Shown here: positions 13,054 through 28,000 of the stretch, one piece after another
Position numbering within the stretch: position 1 is the stretch's first letter
Layout: each line of letters begins with the position of its first letter
Origin: Marsupella aquatica
Lineage: Eukaryota; Plantae; Marchantiophyta
Length of the DNA: 64,000 bases
NCBI GenBank assembly: GCA_973895155.1
Contig: OZ316892.1
Location: forward strand, 4,548,510 to 4,612,509
Direction: 5' to 3'
Position numbers and translations under genes: made by a program
The notes under the pieces: model-generated
Databases searched by the model: none
Seen by the model: only the letters and a program-made list of their open reading frames with translations
Told to the model about the DNA's origin: nothing

Positions 13054-16000
13054 ATGCTGGACGTTGCCTCCATGGCCACAACAGCTTGCCCCAGTCATTC
13101 AACCTCCTCTTCACCCTCCTCCTCTGCGCTCTTTGCCACAGACATCCCCAACAACGTTGTAGACTTAAAGAATGTGATTCTCAATGAATTTCATGTTCTT
13201 CGGAAGTTTCTGCTCATCAGGTCCCTCCTTCATCTATGCTTCTCTCAGAATTCGTTTGTGTTAATTCTCGTTAACTGAAGGTTTTTTGTTGGGTGGAGGT
13301 CTGTCCATTCAGCAGATCAATTTGAACAATGGCAGAACGGGTCAGAAGTGCACCCACTTAAGATCATTTTCGATGATTTCTGAGTTATCCTTCGGCATTG
13401 AATATTCAATCCGCGTGACTATCTTGAGCTGACGAACCAGATCGGAATTTGTTTTGCAAATAATTTCTCTGAGCCGATCGAAATATACCCTACTCTACTG
13501 AAATCTGCTTGCTATTGGCGCTGTGTTTTTGGAATATTGACCGGTGAAAACAACTTGCAGTGCGCAGTTTTGCTTTTATAAGGTTTTGATTTATTTTGGT
13601 TGTTCGTAGTTAGATTCCTCGTTAATTGCGTAGTTATCTTTTATGTCTGATGGGTATTGGAGTGCTTTCAAACGGACGCCAATTTGCAGGGCGAAATCTC
13701 GATCCTTGTCCGTTGGTAATTTATCGGAAGCAAAGACGCTGGAGTCCAGTTGACGAATTAATCCTTTCTGATGCTCTCTGCCGTAAAGGATCCTTGGCAG
13801 AATTTTAGCTGTCACCTGCGGTTATTTGTTTACTATCTCTGCTGGAAACCTTGATTCGAGTGCTTGAATCACAAGTCTTCGCATAAGACCAACGATGCTT
13901 ATTTCTTTTAATGAAACACTCACATTTGAGGGGTCTTGATGCTTGAACAGCACGTGCGAGCGAGCGTTGAGAGTGACGTTGGACAGCGATTTGAGTTCTC
14001 AGATTGGGTTTCAGCTCAACAATGAGAACATCGACAATGCTGGTGAAAACACTAGTACGGAGCCAAATGTGGCAACATTTTTGGCTGATGACTTTAGTGA
14101 GGCAAGTCTTTGAATATCTCTGGAACAAAGAAACCCTTCACAAGTTTGAGGAGATTTTTAGTTTGTGGGAAGATTCAACAATCAAAGGCCCTAATTCTCA
14201 AGTTATGCTCGTTAATGTTTTTCTTCCCCTCAGCGGTCGTGGAGGCATGAGAAAGGTCATTTACAATCTTGTGTCTCTAAATATCTGAAATGCACTTGCA
14301 GCTATATAATACGGTGAATCTAGTCAATGAAGTAATACTGCAACCAAGACAGATTCAACAAGTGATTTTGACTTTTCGGGCTTCGGGATCATCGAGAGCT
14401 GCTCCTGATCGTGCGAGGGAGTTTGCAAGACAAGGGGATGGACAGAGATCTCCAAATGAAGTAAGTTCTGCTCGCACATCACTGCTCTGAAGATCAAGAA
14501 TTTCACCAGACAACTTTAGTATTCGGTTTCACAATTTGAGTTTTTGGAGTAGGAGTATTGTGTTCATTTGCAAGTTCTGAGATCGTATTTCTCTGCCTTC
14601 TCAGAAAATCTATGAGAATGGCTCTGTCGAGCCTTCCTCAAAAAATGTCTCTCCTGCTGCAACTCAATTCAAGGTCAATGGTCGGCTCTTTCTATCGGCG
14701 ACAGTACTTCCTGACGAGGCACTGGCTTCGTTGGGTCCAATTGATGAGACAAGTTTGGATTATTGCCAGGATATTGTGGTACACTTTTACTCAACTGTTT
14801 GTCGCTGTATCTTGAGGGCAGATGTTCAAGATATCGTATTTGATGACTGTGTACCCGGAGGAGTGTTCGTGAAAGATTTCAGTATCTGGAATCTCTCCGA
14901 AATCCCCTGTGCGTTCCAGATCCATGTAAAGACTGGCCAAGCCGTACAAACGGTAAGAATGGTTTTGTCCTTTATACCTTTGGCTTTTCCAAAAGATCGA
15001 CTTGTAGACGATTTCCTAATGCCCACTCTGACCTCCATGTTGTATTTCTAGGCATTGGATCTTACAGACTACGAAACCGAGTTACCTGTAACGAGTGGGG
15101 AAATAAAAAGCTGTGCTCATCGGCGAATTCGAGTGATGTATAAGCCCAGAGATGTTGGAGATTTTACTTACTCAATACACCTCGAGAACAGTTTTGATGT
15201 CCAAAACTCAACATGTATTCCCATACACTGCATTGTAAGTTTCTACCCAGCCCCAGATGAGATTGTTGTCTAGTTCTGGTAAATCATGTTCTTACTAATA
15301 ATCTATGCACAGGTCAATGCTGAGTATAGGCAAGAGGGCCTTCTGGTTACTGGCGTTGGTGAAGATGGTCTCTTGGATTTTGGTGACTGTTATGCCAACA
15401 ATGGTACTTGCCAGATGATGAATCTTCGAAATATCACCCAGGAGGTACAGGGCTAGTCCATTCTCGATGTGTACACTGCTGTTGAACTCACGCTGTGGAG
15501 GGTTTCGGAAGTCTAATCTTTCTGCGACTTTTACTCCGTGTGGTCGCACTGCAGGCCCTGGTGGTAAGTCTGGGCACAGACCATTCTCCAGGTGACCAGG
15601 TCAACTTCTATCTGCAGACGGAAACAGACATTTCAAGTGGATCTTCTAATGGGGTGGCACGTTTTATTAAGCCGCAAGAGAATGTGCCCTCAACTGGAGA
15701 TGTTGAAAATACTTCAACAGGGCTGAGTCAAAAATTGGTCAGTACACACTTGTCACCTCTTCGTATTCTGTTCCACAGTTTCTCTGTTATCCTTTGCAAA
15801 GTTTCTCAAATATCTCAGCATCATCGCGTAAGTAATGCCCTATTCCTTAATTGAAGCTTTTTTTTGGCAGGATAACACTTTGGGCGCAAGTGTAAATTTA
15901 GATAAGAAGTCGAGGGTTGAAGTGCTGTCTTTGGAACGAGGTGAAGAGAAGAATCTTCTTGTCTGGTTTTATCCGGCAGGTGCGCCAGATGAAGGCAAGG

Positions 16001-19000
16001 CAGCCAGGCTGCAGCGGAGAACATTTCGGTTTTCCCTCAAGTGTGCTGAAAAGAAGGGCCGAAGTAAATTGCGCTTTTCGAACATTATCCAGGTGTGCAC
16101 CGATGGAGCACTACTCCCACGTGCAGTTCAATGTCTTTTCCTTGGTGAAGATGGATGAATTTTGGTCTTAAAGAAATTTAATGCAGGTCCCTTTGTTACC
16201 AGTCACGAAAAAATTAAATTGTATTGGTCAATGGTGTCGCTTTGACGACTGACAAATTCTTGTTTCTTTCGGTTTCTTCTTGTCTTTCAGTGTAAGGCTC
16301 GAATATGTACGTCAATTGTGAAGCTTTCCACGCCAGAGTTGAACTTTGGAGACTGCAATATTGGATCAACAAAGTCAGCAACTTTTGAAATCATCAATCT
16401 GTCCGATCTTCCTGCTCTTGTAACTTCTTGTGTGACATCTACAATACTAAGCTTCAGAAACAAGGCTGAAAGAGTTTTCATTCCTCCACGACAGTCATAC
16501 AGCCTAGATATTGACCTTGTACCATTGAAGATCAATCCAAAGTACCGTAAACAAATCACAATTGATAATTTTTACAACAAGGACAATCAGCAGGTGTTGG
16601 AGGTCCGTGGGAAAATCATGGACCGTCATCATGTGCTACTTCACTCTCTATACTACAAATTACGAACTCCATCCACAAATAACTTTCTAAATTTCGACTG
16701 GTAAGAATGGAGGCTCTAACTGTTGTGTACAAGTTCCTGTGATCATATGTGTGTGTATGTGATGTGGAAGGTCTTCTGTGTTGCTTCTTTCCTCGAAGTT
16801 TGCTCATTATTATGAAGCCGAAAGTAGTGTTTCTTAGGATGAGGACGTTTGTGTTGACTCGTTCCTGGGTGATCCGTCTTTGAAACGGTAGATTTTTGCT
16901 CATGACAAGAAGTTCTTAGAAAGCTGACATCAATTATTTTTGGAAATGGCAGTGTGATTATCAATAATCCGAGCGTTCGAACATTAGCCATTGAGAACAT
17001 CACAGACAATTGTTTGACACTTGGATTTAAGACGTCGATGCCAGAAGAGCTGGGTATCTATCAGTGGCGAGATGATTCACAAGCAGACATAGGCGATGAC
17101 ACTGATAGCTTATTCAGTGAGGGAAGTGAAGAGGATGGTCACGAAAGCAGGAGAAGGTTGTTGATCCCTTATAAACTTGCCTAACATGGCTTCCTGGAGA
17201 GCCGTTTCTTTTAAATGCAGCTGTTGGCTTAGTGTCTTGGAGGTCCGCGGAGGCTCTGTTTAAACATCAGGATAAGCATTGACTTATCTTTTTGCTTTGT
17301 ATGTAGAGCTTATGCTGCATCAGTGAACAAAGAGAAACTGCTGGAAACTCTTGAAGAGTCACAACCACGGTTGAGCAAAGCAATTGTCGATTCAGCTCCA
17401 TTTCCCGTGCAGCAGGGCCAGAAAAAGTCTATTCCGCCAAGACCACCATTCACAACAGCTGAAAGGAAAACCAGAATGAGGTTTACAGACCGAACCTTTA
17501 CGACCTCGCTATAACATCTTTGGCCTGTGTCGCATGTATCAGTCATCCAAAAGATTCACCAAGTGTCTCCGTGAACATAGAATCGTCAAATCTTCAAGGT
17601 TGCTGTGGCCAATTCAAGAAGATTAAGGTGGATAGATATTTGCCTTGTGCTTGCAGGATGTCTCTGGACCTGGCTACCACTTCTTTTATAAGCAATGGTG
17701 GTGATAAGACAGCAGGACTAGGATCTTCCCTTCCTGGATCTGGTACCGGGGATGGGGAAGCAGAGAAGGAGTTGCTTAGTGATGTGAAGCCTTTTGGTTC
17801 TGCAAATGAAGAATCTGCACCTCGTCGACTGAAACGAGTTCAAAGTAGTGCAATGCTAAGTGCTATAGAAGAAGCACCCAATGTTGTTGCAGAAGTTTCT
17901 CAGGAAGAAGTCTCTCCTGAGGGTGTAGAGGGAGTACTGAACCGACTTGGGAACCTTGTCATTTCTCAATGCGCCTTTCCGGATGACGAAGCTGAGAAAC
18001 AGGTGCACTTGCACATCGCGGAAGTTGGTTGTGGTTTCACCATTATATTTTGCTGTTTCTGAAAGTAATCATGCTTTTCTATCTCTCATGACTATTCAAC
18101 TCTGAGGACACATCAAGTACATCATGATTCAGGGTGTCCCTGATTGTTTCTTCTCAAGCTAACCATTTACCCACTCCAATATGCAGTATGTTGATAATCA
18201 GATCAAGGACAGGGAGCTACTCATGCATGTGTTGGACGACCTTGCTCGAACTTTGACCCCTGTTCGAAAACTAGAGCTTCTTCCTGGGGAAACAAAGACG
18301 CTATATGTTTTGTTGACAGTTGATGGAGAAACTCGGCCCTCTTTGCAAGGACGGCTTCAGAAACTCACAGCAAAGGTGATATTTTGCGTCAAAATATCAC
18401 CTTTGCCTGATAGTAGCACTTGTTAGTCATCTGGCCGGTGTGTATTTTCCAATGAGCCTGCGGGTTGAAAACTCCTCTTATTACCTACAGAGTAATGACT
18501 TACTATTTTATCCTTCAGAACTAAATCTCTACACTGCCTTTCTACAGAGTCTAGGATTGAACAATTGTTGGGTGCCACAGGTGAATATTCAACTACTGGA
18601 ATTTGACAGGGAGCGCCAGGAGCTTCTAGACGGTGGTGCGTTGGAACAACCTGTTGAAGAGGATCTACTTACTCGTGAACTTCCTGTGCATTTCAAGGTA
18701 TGTTGAAGTTTCAATTTCATGGGTTGTCATGCTTGCCCATCTCTTTTATCATGCTGTGCTTATGACGTTTGCATCAACGACGGGGCTCTGTAAAGGTTTT
18801 GCTATGTGTTAGAAGTTCACAGGAAATAATTCGGATGATCTTCATGCATGCAGGCGTGTCGAGCATTGCTGACCCTGGCACAGAAAAATATAAGTTTTGG
18901 GAAGATGCTCACTAATGAGCATCGTGCCAAAACTTTGGTGCTCAATAACATCTCAGATGTTCCATTGCTCTACAAACTAAAAAAGACGGGTACCTGTGAC

Positions 19001-22000
19001 GTGGACCTGGCTGAGTTTCAGTTTATCCCACTAGCTCTTCAGAAGCATTCCGACATCTCGATTTTATTTCCTTAGATGTTTACTCATGAGATGTGTTCCC
19101 CCTTATTTTCTGAGCTGCCTGATCGTGCTTGATATTGACAGGATCTATAGCATCAGGTGACTTGCACATCATAAACGGCCGTACTGGGATTCTGCGGCCA
19201 CACTCTGATCGCGAGATCAACTTCGTATTTCAACCCTCTTTGGGTGGATCCTTTCATGAGACCCTCGTTGTTGGTAATGTGTATGATCCTAGCAACGATC
19301 AGGTCGTGACTCTGAAGGCTACTATCAGCCGGGCGGACACATTCTGGCTCAATACATCGAGCATTGACTTCGGGACCGTGACTCTCGGTGAGTGGTCGAG
19401 GCCACAGGGCATTGTCATCTTGAACAACAGCAAGCAGTCCCGAACATATGTCTTGAAGGCTGCTGACTATGTTTTCGATGACGGAGCGACCAAGTCCATG
19501 CATGATACCAATATACCGACCCTAAGGTTTATGTTAGAAGAAAAGAGGAAACGGTCTCCTTTAAGTTCAATTGCCCCAGAGGAAGAAGCTATAGAGGCAC
19601 TTGAGAGGAAGGGCATTGCACTGGAGCGAAAAGGCAAGGTAGACAAAGCAGCTAAGATCAGTAAGCAGGTTACTGAGCTTCGCGCGAGGTTGGCATCTGC
19701 ATCACCGAAGAAATCAGACGCTCCCCCTACAGAGGGGTCCAAGTCGGATAAGAATTACGGAATGAGTGCAAAAGACAACCATCCAGACCATGCAACAAGA
19801 GAAAGTGATCCAGGTGCATCAGGCCACAAAACTGTTCTTTTGCCGAAAGGGTCCGATGGATATATTAGTCTCACTTTGAAGGGCGGGGACTCAAAGGTAA
19901 TGAGACCGAGGTTTTTACAGTTTCCTCGCCAGGATCCAGGCTCGGCATATTGTGTGAACTTTTTTGGTTGGTGCTACACTAGAGAACCTGCTACCTTTAG
20001 TTTCTGAATTCTTATGGTTGTTTATGCTTTGAGTTGATTGTCTACTTAAAGCTCTGACTATTGCAAATTGTCTCATGAGTGACATGTGACCATCTCGTTG
20101 TAATGGTTTGAGCAGGTGGTCATGGTGAGCATTTTTGTATCTCCACTAACATCAGCCTACTGTCAACGAATTGTCGGAACTATTTTTGCGTTCGAAAGGA
20201 AAAATCGGGTATTTACTTGTACCTAGAGTCTTGTACCGGTGTTCATTATGTTGTAGCATTGTATTAAAGCTTCAGTGCTTCTCAATTCAGTTTGGATTAG
20301 CTTTGGATGAGTCTTATCGTGGGCTGGAATTGCCAGATACTACCAGTGAAAGGAAACTGACTACCCCGATCTTCCTGGAAATTTGCAGGACGTGGTTAAG
20401 AAGGTTTATTATGAAGGAACTACATTCCCACGGGCTTTACTTGAAGATTCATCTGCGGGTGTGGCTCCAGACGCTTTCAACTTAAAGCTTGTAAGGTGTT
20501 CTGGAAAACTCTGCTGTAAATGTCGTCGGTTGTCGTTAAGGGCTGTCATTATGGGCCAAGTCAAGGCAAAGGCAACGAACGTCATGTCCGATTGGATAGC
20601 GTCCTGTGTCCCAGTTATCGAACATGTCCACAGTTGCTTCAATCTTGACACTAATCTACTTGAATGATGCCCTTTGGATCAGAGTGTATGAGGTCATAAT
20701 ATTCCCAGTGAATCAAATGTTTGTTCTATTGTGGATTCTGAATATTGAGTGCTTGTTTCGTTTTACAGCGCACTAAACCACCGGAATCTCCCTTCCACGC
20801 ACTCATTACGCAATCTCCAAGTCTCTCGCCTGAAAGTTCAGCACCTACATCACCTTATGGCTCGACTCTTCAATCCGCTGCTACACAGAATCCTTTCAGT
20901 AGCTCATCGCCTGAACTCCTAGCAACCCTACCTTCTTTTGATACTGCAACTCTGATGGGAAGTGAGGTTTCTGGTGCTTCTGCCCACAATCTAGCGACCG
21001 ATTTCTCTCAAGCGTTGGAATCTGATAGATGGGGTTCTCAGCGACATATCCTTGATTGGGGTAAGGAAGGAGAAGACATTGCATCCGATGACGTGGATGG
21101 GGTTGTGGATGATGAGTCCAGCAGGTCAGAAAGTGGCAGTGGTTTATCTGGATTCGATCCATCTTTTAAGCTACATCTGCTCCACCAGTCACCTAATCAA
21201 GCAGCTAGTATTGTTGAACAAAGAGATGGAGATGATGACGCAGTAATGGATTTGTCGTCCGCCGCAGCTCTAGCCAGAAGTTTAGTATCGCACAAAATCC
21301 AAGAGCCGGGCAAGCCATTGTTTGCAGGGGAATTAATTCTTGATGATTCTCCTGATCAAGATAAGAGGGAAGCATCGTTCCTTCTAAAGTCAGAATCGCT
21401 GCAAGATATTTGGATTCAGTTCCATCTTGCCTGGGAAGGGGAACCTGATACAATTGAGTTGTGGGTAAGCCCTTTTGGTGAAGCTATAACTCGACATCCT
21501 GAAGGTAAGAGTGTTATAGATGCGTCTGCACGGCGCAGATCCAGACAGCTTCGTTGGGAACAGCCTGAACGTTCAGAGTACCCAACAACTGATACAACCA
21601 CGTACGTGTCCTCACTATTTCTGAAAAGTAGTTCAGTTTCAATGGTGACTCTGGTCCGCCCTGATCAATTACTTTTGGGGCATTCAGCAGCACCCGCTTT
21701 AAATGGAGATGCACAAGTATCAGCTAGCTTGGAAGGGAAAGTACAAGCAACAGGAGTCCTAGCAATGCAAGCAAGACCTGATGATGGGTTGTCTCGGCAG
21801 CTACTAGTTCGACTAAAGCAACTGGATAGGTGCATCAAAGTGAGCCCATCAGTTATTGTTTTTCCCGAATCTGAACTCACCACTGTACTCCGGCACGATT
21901 TGGTCATCAAGAATAGGACTGGCTCCTCGTTAACGTATACAATAGGTGTCACAGAAGCAGGCGTCCCTTCGCTTCCTGTATCTTCCGGAGGGAACAAAAT

Positions 22001-25000
22001 TTCTGGGTTGGTGTCCCCATCTAGTGATGTTCTCGACGCTACACCTGATTCAGTTGTAAATGTATATCCAGCATCAGGACGCATAGAAGGGCATGCATCG
22101 AAACATGTCAAAGTAACTTGTAGGCCTGTGAAACCTGGCAAGAAATCATACACCCTGTACCTACGAACCTCAGCATGCACTCATCATACTGAGGTCGGCA
22201 TTTCTATGATGGCAGCCCGAGAACACTGCATTCACTTACCTGACCTTCCTGATGGCATAACTCTTGATATGGGCTTTTTCTTCATTAATGCTCCTTCTGG
22301 GGAAAAAGTAGTTCCCTTGAGACTGCAAAATCTCGCCGACAATGCACTCCTCCTGACTTTTCGGTCAAATTTGGCGAAGCAGGTGTACATATCCACGGCA
22401 TCAGATGTCCTCAAACGTACAGACGATTTGCAGTTGTCTGGAGGTGCCTCCTCAACAGTTTTCATGTGCTTACGACCTGGTGGGGATGCCGCGGCTTTTG
22501 AGGGTGGTCAATGCAGAGAGATAATTGGGGGCATGAGGATCACTGCCTTTACAATTGCTACCGAAAGTGCAAATCAGCCTGTCGAAGTTACCAGTCCCAA
22601 CGGGCAAAAAATTGTGGACGAAATTATGGTGAAGTTTCGTGCAATTGTTGGTAGAAGCCTCATGCAAGTGTCTGCTTCGGTCATAGACTTGGGTCGTGTT
22701 AAAGAAGTGGGTGGATTTGTGGTTGGGGAGTTCCTGGTCTCCAATCCAAGTACTCAGATGCCCTTGCATTTCTCTTTGTCATGTAAGCGGGCACAACTGT
22801 CTTTTCAAGATGGACACTTGGTGGGAAGAGATGCTTCCAGATTGAATGGAGGTTCTGCGCAGTCTGACATGACCGTGAAGTTCTCTTTACCTGTAAATGG
22901 ATACGGTCTTATTGAGGATAAAATCATTGTCCAAAACCTGTCTTGCTCTGGACAGAATGCAGAGTTGTCTCTTAGATTATTTGTGGACGCTGGTGTCGTT
23001 GAAGCTTTTCCGGAGCCATCGCTGCCTCATTTCGAACAGAAAGAAATACCATTGGTAACGTCTGTACCTGGTCGGGAGTTCGAATCTGGACTTTTCAACA
23101 ATAGACAATCCAACTTGTTGAAAAATCATGGAAAGATGATACCATTTCTTTCAGCTTTTGGAGGAGGCAATGGAGTTTCTCCTGATCGAAAGATAAGGAA
23201 AGCGTCATCTGCAGGAGACTTCTTTTTCTCCAACTTAACTCCGCAGCCAGGCACAGGCGATCTAGCCTCTCGACAACCCTCTCGACAACAGGAGAGCTGT
23301 GGTCCTGTGGAAAGTCAAGATGCTACTCCATTTCTTTCGAACCCATTTCTTCACCTGGGAACCGTGTTTGTTTCACCGACAGACCGAGAAAGCACAGAGG
23401 ATGGTGCAATCGCTGACGACAAAGTAGATGTCCCTATCTATTCTATATCTGATCGCCGCGCTCATCATTGTTCACTGCTCTTGACAAATTTCTTACAAGA
23501 GCACATAGAGCTGCAACCATTCAGTACCTTACCGATGCTTGTTAATCCTGAAACAAATGTTCGTGCTTCATTTTCATCCCTGAAGATACATGAACTGTCA
23601 TCGTGTATCACAGGTGCTTATAGCATGGATGCTGAAATGGAGGCATATTGCCGTGCTCATGGTGATAGTAGTGTTGGTGACGAGCTGGCCAGTAGGGCTA
23701 CATTTGAGCTACTGACAAACCTTAAATGTTGTGGACCTCCCTTCGTTATCCAGCCTTACTGTACAACACGTCTTCTTGTCAGTTATTCAGATCTGAAGGG
23801 CTTGTCTTCATTAGACGTAACAAGCTTAAGTTCAGGTGAACCATCTTTTGTCGGAGGGTTATTGGTGTTTATGAGATGTAAATTATCCACTAGTCAAGAG
23901 GCTTCTGTTTTCTCACCAGACAGATGTTACGACACTGAAGACGCAAACTTTTTGCAAGTAGCAGTAGAAGTCTTGAACATCACAGGGTCAATTTGTCTTT
24001 CGGAGGGGCATCTCGTGAAGAACTTCATCGACCTAGGTAGGGTAGGGTATGCAAACAAGTGGGCAGATGTGGAGTTCGAGATAACTGTTGAGAATACCAG
24101 TCACGCAGTTTTGGTATACAAGCTTCTGAATGTTCCTGAATGTTATAAAGTACTCTCGGACGAGCTACAAACAGAAAGGAATGGCATTGAGAAAATTGGT
24201 TCTATCCCTCCAAGGGGTTCTGGAAATTTGAGAGTCACTCTATGCACTTCAAAGCTGGAACATTTGAAGCAAGCCGGTCCCTGCTCATGGCGGATCTGTC
24301 TGCTGAATTGCAACAATCCGAAGAATTTGATGGAGCTTGTTGTAGAAGCAGAGATGACAATTTGTAATCTCCGCTTTGGAGGCTTGACAGAGGGCGCACT
24401 GTTATTACCACCTTTGACATTGCCGGCATTACCAAGCGCGTCACCTTGCTCTGTACAGTTTGTGGTATGTATGTCAATTCATAGTAAGGTTTGGTATTCG
24501 TGTGAACCTGCATTGTCCCCCCAAAGAAAGAAATGCAAATTGAATAGTTATTACGCTTAGATGCACGATTTGATTTGTATGCTCACCCCAGTATCTTCTT
24601 AACTTTTTTGTTAATGACAGGTTGAGAACCTATCTAGTGAACCTTTAGGGGTGGCCCTCCAACTGCAACAAGCTGAGGAAACAGAGTCATTGGTACGTAT
24701 TGATTCTGAATTATCGCAAAGAAGGCTTTTTTAGAAAAACTTCCTTCAATCGGCTCTGGATATTGCATTCAAAGATTAGCTACTAAAAGTGTTCGTCCAG
24801 TGTTTTTAAGTTTTCTCATGTTCCACCTGTGCAGGTTATGGTGGAGGTTGTCTCACAGACAGATTCAACCATGGGGGAGTTGACACTTAAGCCTGGAGGA
24901 AAAGTTGAGCTTCACGTTTTTGCACGTCCAATATCAGACACAATTCCTTCACACCTTCTGGCACAGCACGTGCCCTCTCGGAGAGCTTCTCGAGTGGGTA

Positions 25001-28000
25001 GCACTGAGGAATTAAGTAGCAAGGATGTAGTACATTCTGAACCGGAGAATTTGAAGGCAAACGTGTGTAATATTCCGACCTCAACAGGAGTTTTTGAAGT
25101 AGATGATTCTACGCAAACAGTTCCAGACTTGAAGACTGGGAAAGATCTGAGAAATTTGCAACGATCATCTGATCTATCAAGGACAGTTTGCTTGGGGCAA
25201 TTGTATCTTTTCTCATCTCCTCACTTGCCAGACTGTATACCTATTCATGGAACTCTCTTACAGGGTTCGCCATTTGACGTGTCCCCTCATAATCTCCTTC
25301 TCCAGGTCAGTTCCCAGCGCTCGTTGGAGCTCAGTTCTAAGGATGAGTTTTTACGAAATCTGTTCCTGTTCATCATGCTTCTTGAACTCTTGGGCGTTAA
25401 AATAGAAACGCTCTGTTTCATTCAAGCTTTTCTATTACTATTCGGTAGTAAGTAGTTATTAAATCACAGATAAACAGATTTTGGAAGGTGACGGGTCGTA
25501 AAACTATATGTCAGTGCTCTTGCTAAGGTTATGGAAGGTACTAACATCCTGATTTTGCAACGGCAGGCGAGCACAACGCAAGAGGGGTCACGCGGAGTAA
25601 CTTGGGTTGAGAGGCATGCCGCAGCAGGGTCCTCACAAATGGTTGTTATCCGAAACTTTAGAGAATTTGAGGCCTTGCAATTCATAGTCCAAGGTGAAAG
25701 TGAGGAACGACTCTCAGTGCAACCCTTCTCCGACTTCATTTCGGTGCACCCGTTGAAGGGTTTGATACCTCCCCGAGGAAGTGCTGAAATTGTGGTTAAG
25801 TCCCAAACTTGGTCCAGAGAGGCTCACCGGAATTTTGTGGATGATGCTGGTGCGAATCCTGAGATCCTGACATTCACACTAGTTGTCCAGGATGCTGAAG
25901 ATCCGGAAAAGAACTTTCAGCGTGTATTGGTAAACATTCAACCACCAGCACATATCCAGGATCCTGCAGCTCGAACGCCACCTAAAATTCTTTCCAGAAA
26001 TTTATCTATCGAAAGAAATGTGGGCAAGGATGCCTCTACGTTGGCTCAAGCTTACAAACGAGGGCCTCTTGTTCTAGGATTAAAGGGTTGTACTCCTGTT
26101 GGAGGTAGTCTTCTTTGCTACGAATTCAATCTTGGACAACAGAATGTATCATCAGGAGGGCGACTGCACTGGGATTTGACCCTTGTTGGCGATCAACAGC
26201 GGCCAATACACTACCGTTTGAGCACCATCAGTGAAGGATATGCGAGCTGGTTAAGCATTAGCAGTTCCGGTGGTGTCGTTGAAGCTGCGCAGCATAAGAC
26301 GGTCCAGCTGTCATTTTCCACGAAGGCCATGGGTCAGTAAATTGGTTCTTGAAAAGATGGATGATAGAAACTATTACTTCATGGTTTAAATGAGGCTACA
26401 TGAGAAAAGAAAACTTAAATCGAATGTCTATGAAACAAGATCTGGTTCTCGAATAACAATCTGAAAATTGGTGGATATGCTCTCTGCTAGAAATTTGTAC
26501 ATCAACGGGTTGATTACTCGACAAAGTGGCATGAGTCTAATGTCGCTCTCGTCTTTTGTGTCCTTCAGGTGTGTACTCCACATACTTGGTGGTAGAGAAC
26601 TTGGAGAATCCAGCTGATTTCAAAACTGTTCATCTAAGCCTGGAAGTGGTGGCTCCACGAAATGCCCGTCCAGAGGCTCCTTCTCTGACATATTTTCATG
26701 TTGAAGTGCATGGAGGCAGGTAAGACAAAGAGTTAACTTCTCGCTTCTAGTAAGTTGGACTGGATCGTTCTGGTTAATACTTGTTGTCCCAAGGTCTCTG
26801 CGCTTTTAATTCAACAATCGCAAGGTCGGGATTTTATGGGCACAATGCAGGGGACGAGTAGCGTCACCAACTCAAGAGCCATTAGCCCAGGATAACTTTT
26901 GAGGTTACCTCAAGGGTGTGGATAATTGGGGTGCGATAGTTTCCCGTCAGACTATGTATTACATTCCTCCTTCTCTGCCCATCTGCCCTTTCTGTCGTAA
27001 AGGAATCGAATTTCACTTTTTCTACAGATATCCCATACTTGGTTATCACTCTCATTTGACAGGGCCGAGGGAACAGTCATTGACATGGGAGAAGTCTACT
27101 ACAACTTCTGGTATCGAAATCGTTCTTTTGTTGTTGTGAATGAGGCTCCCGTTGCCATGGAGTTTCTTCTATCGTCAAGCATGGATAAGAACGACGTGAC
27201 AGAGCTGAATTTTTCCCTGGCTAATACTTCATTGAAACGGTTCAGTTCAGTCACGCTTGGAGCTAAGAGCAGGCAAGTTTTGTTGATTACCTCTGTTGAT
27301 GGGTCTAGGTCTTTTAGCCTGGAATGCTTTATGCTTAGATCATTCGTTATACGAGTCTATTAGATGATATTTTAGTTCTTGCTAGCACTTTCAACTTTCG
27401 TGCTGATGTTGCAACCACACGAAACACCTGGAGTTCATGTCATTTGATTTTAGTTGAATCTGTCTTGCAGTGTGCGCATTTGGATTCACTTCTGTCCTGG
27501 CCCCTCCAACGACAAGCCCATTACAGAAGAGACCGACATAATGTATGCAAATTTGTATGTTAATTGTCGTCTTGTGAAGGTACTTGCCTCTCTAAGTCTT
27601 GATTGTATGTCGTTTCTTCAAAGCCTCCAAGATTCGTTTTCTCTGATTTCCATATTTAATCCGCCAGCGTTTTGTAACATGGTATTGTCTTGCATATTGT
27701 TGCACTTCATGGGCGACCTGATTGTATGTCCAGGATTATCGACAATGCATCCCGTTCCGTGCCAAATGTCGTTATCCACAAATTGGGATTTCTACAACAG
27801 ATATTGTTTTCTCGACACGTCGTGAAGGACTGGTTTTTGATCCCTGCGGAACCCAGGAAGGTTTAAGTGGTCTGAACGGTGAAAACTATCTCGAAAGTGG
27901 GACAGTTAATGCTCCGCTTATTGAGAATTTAGCTGTAGTGGGGTCTACGGGTGTTTCAGCAGAGGTGGCCACCTGCAGCGGTGAGTCCAATGGAGATATT

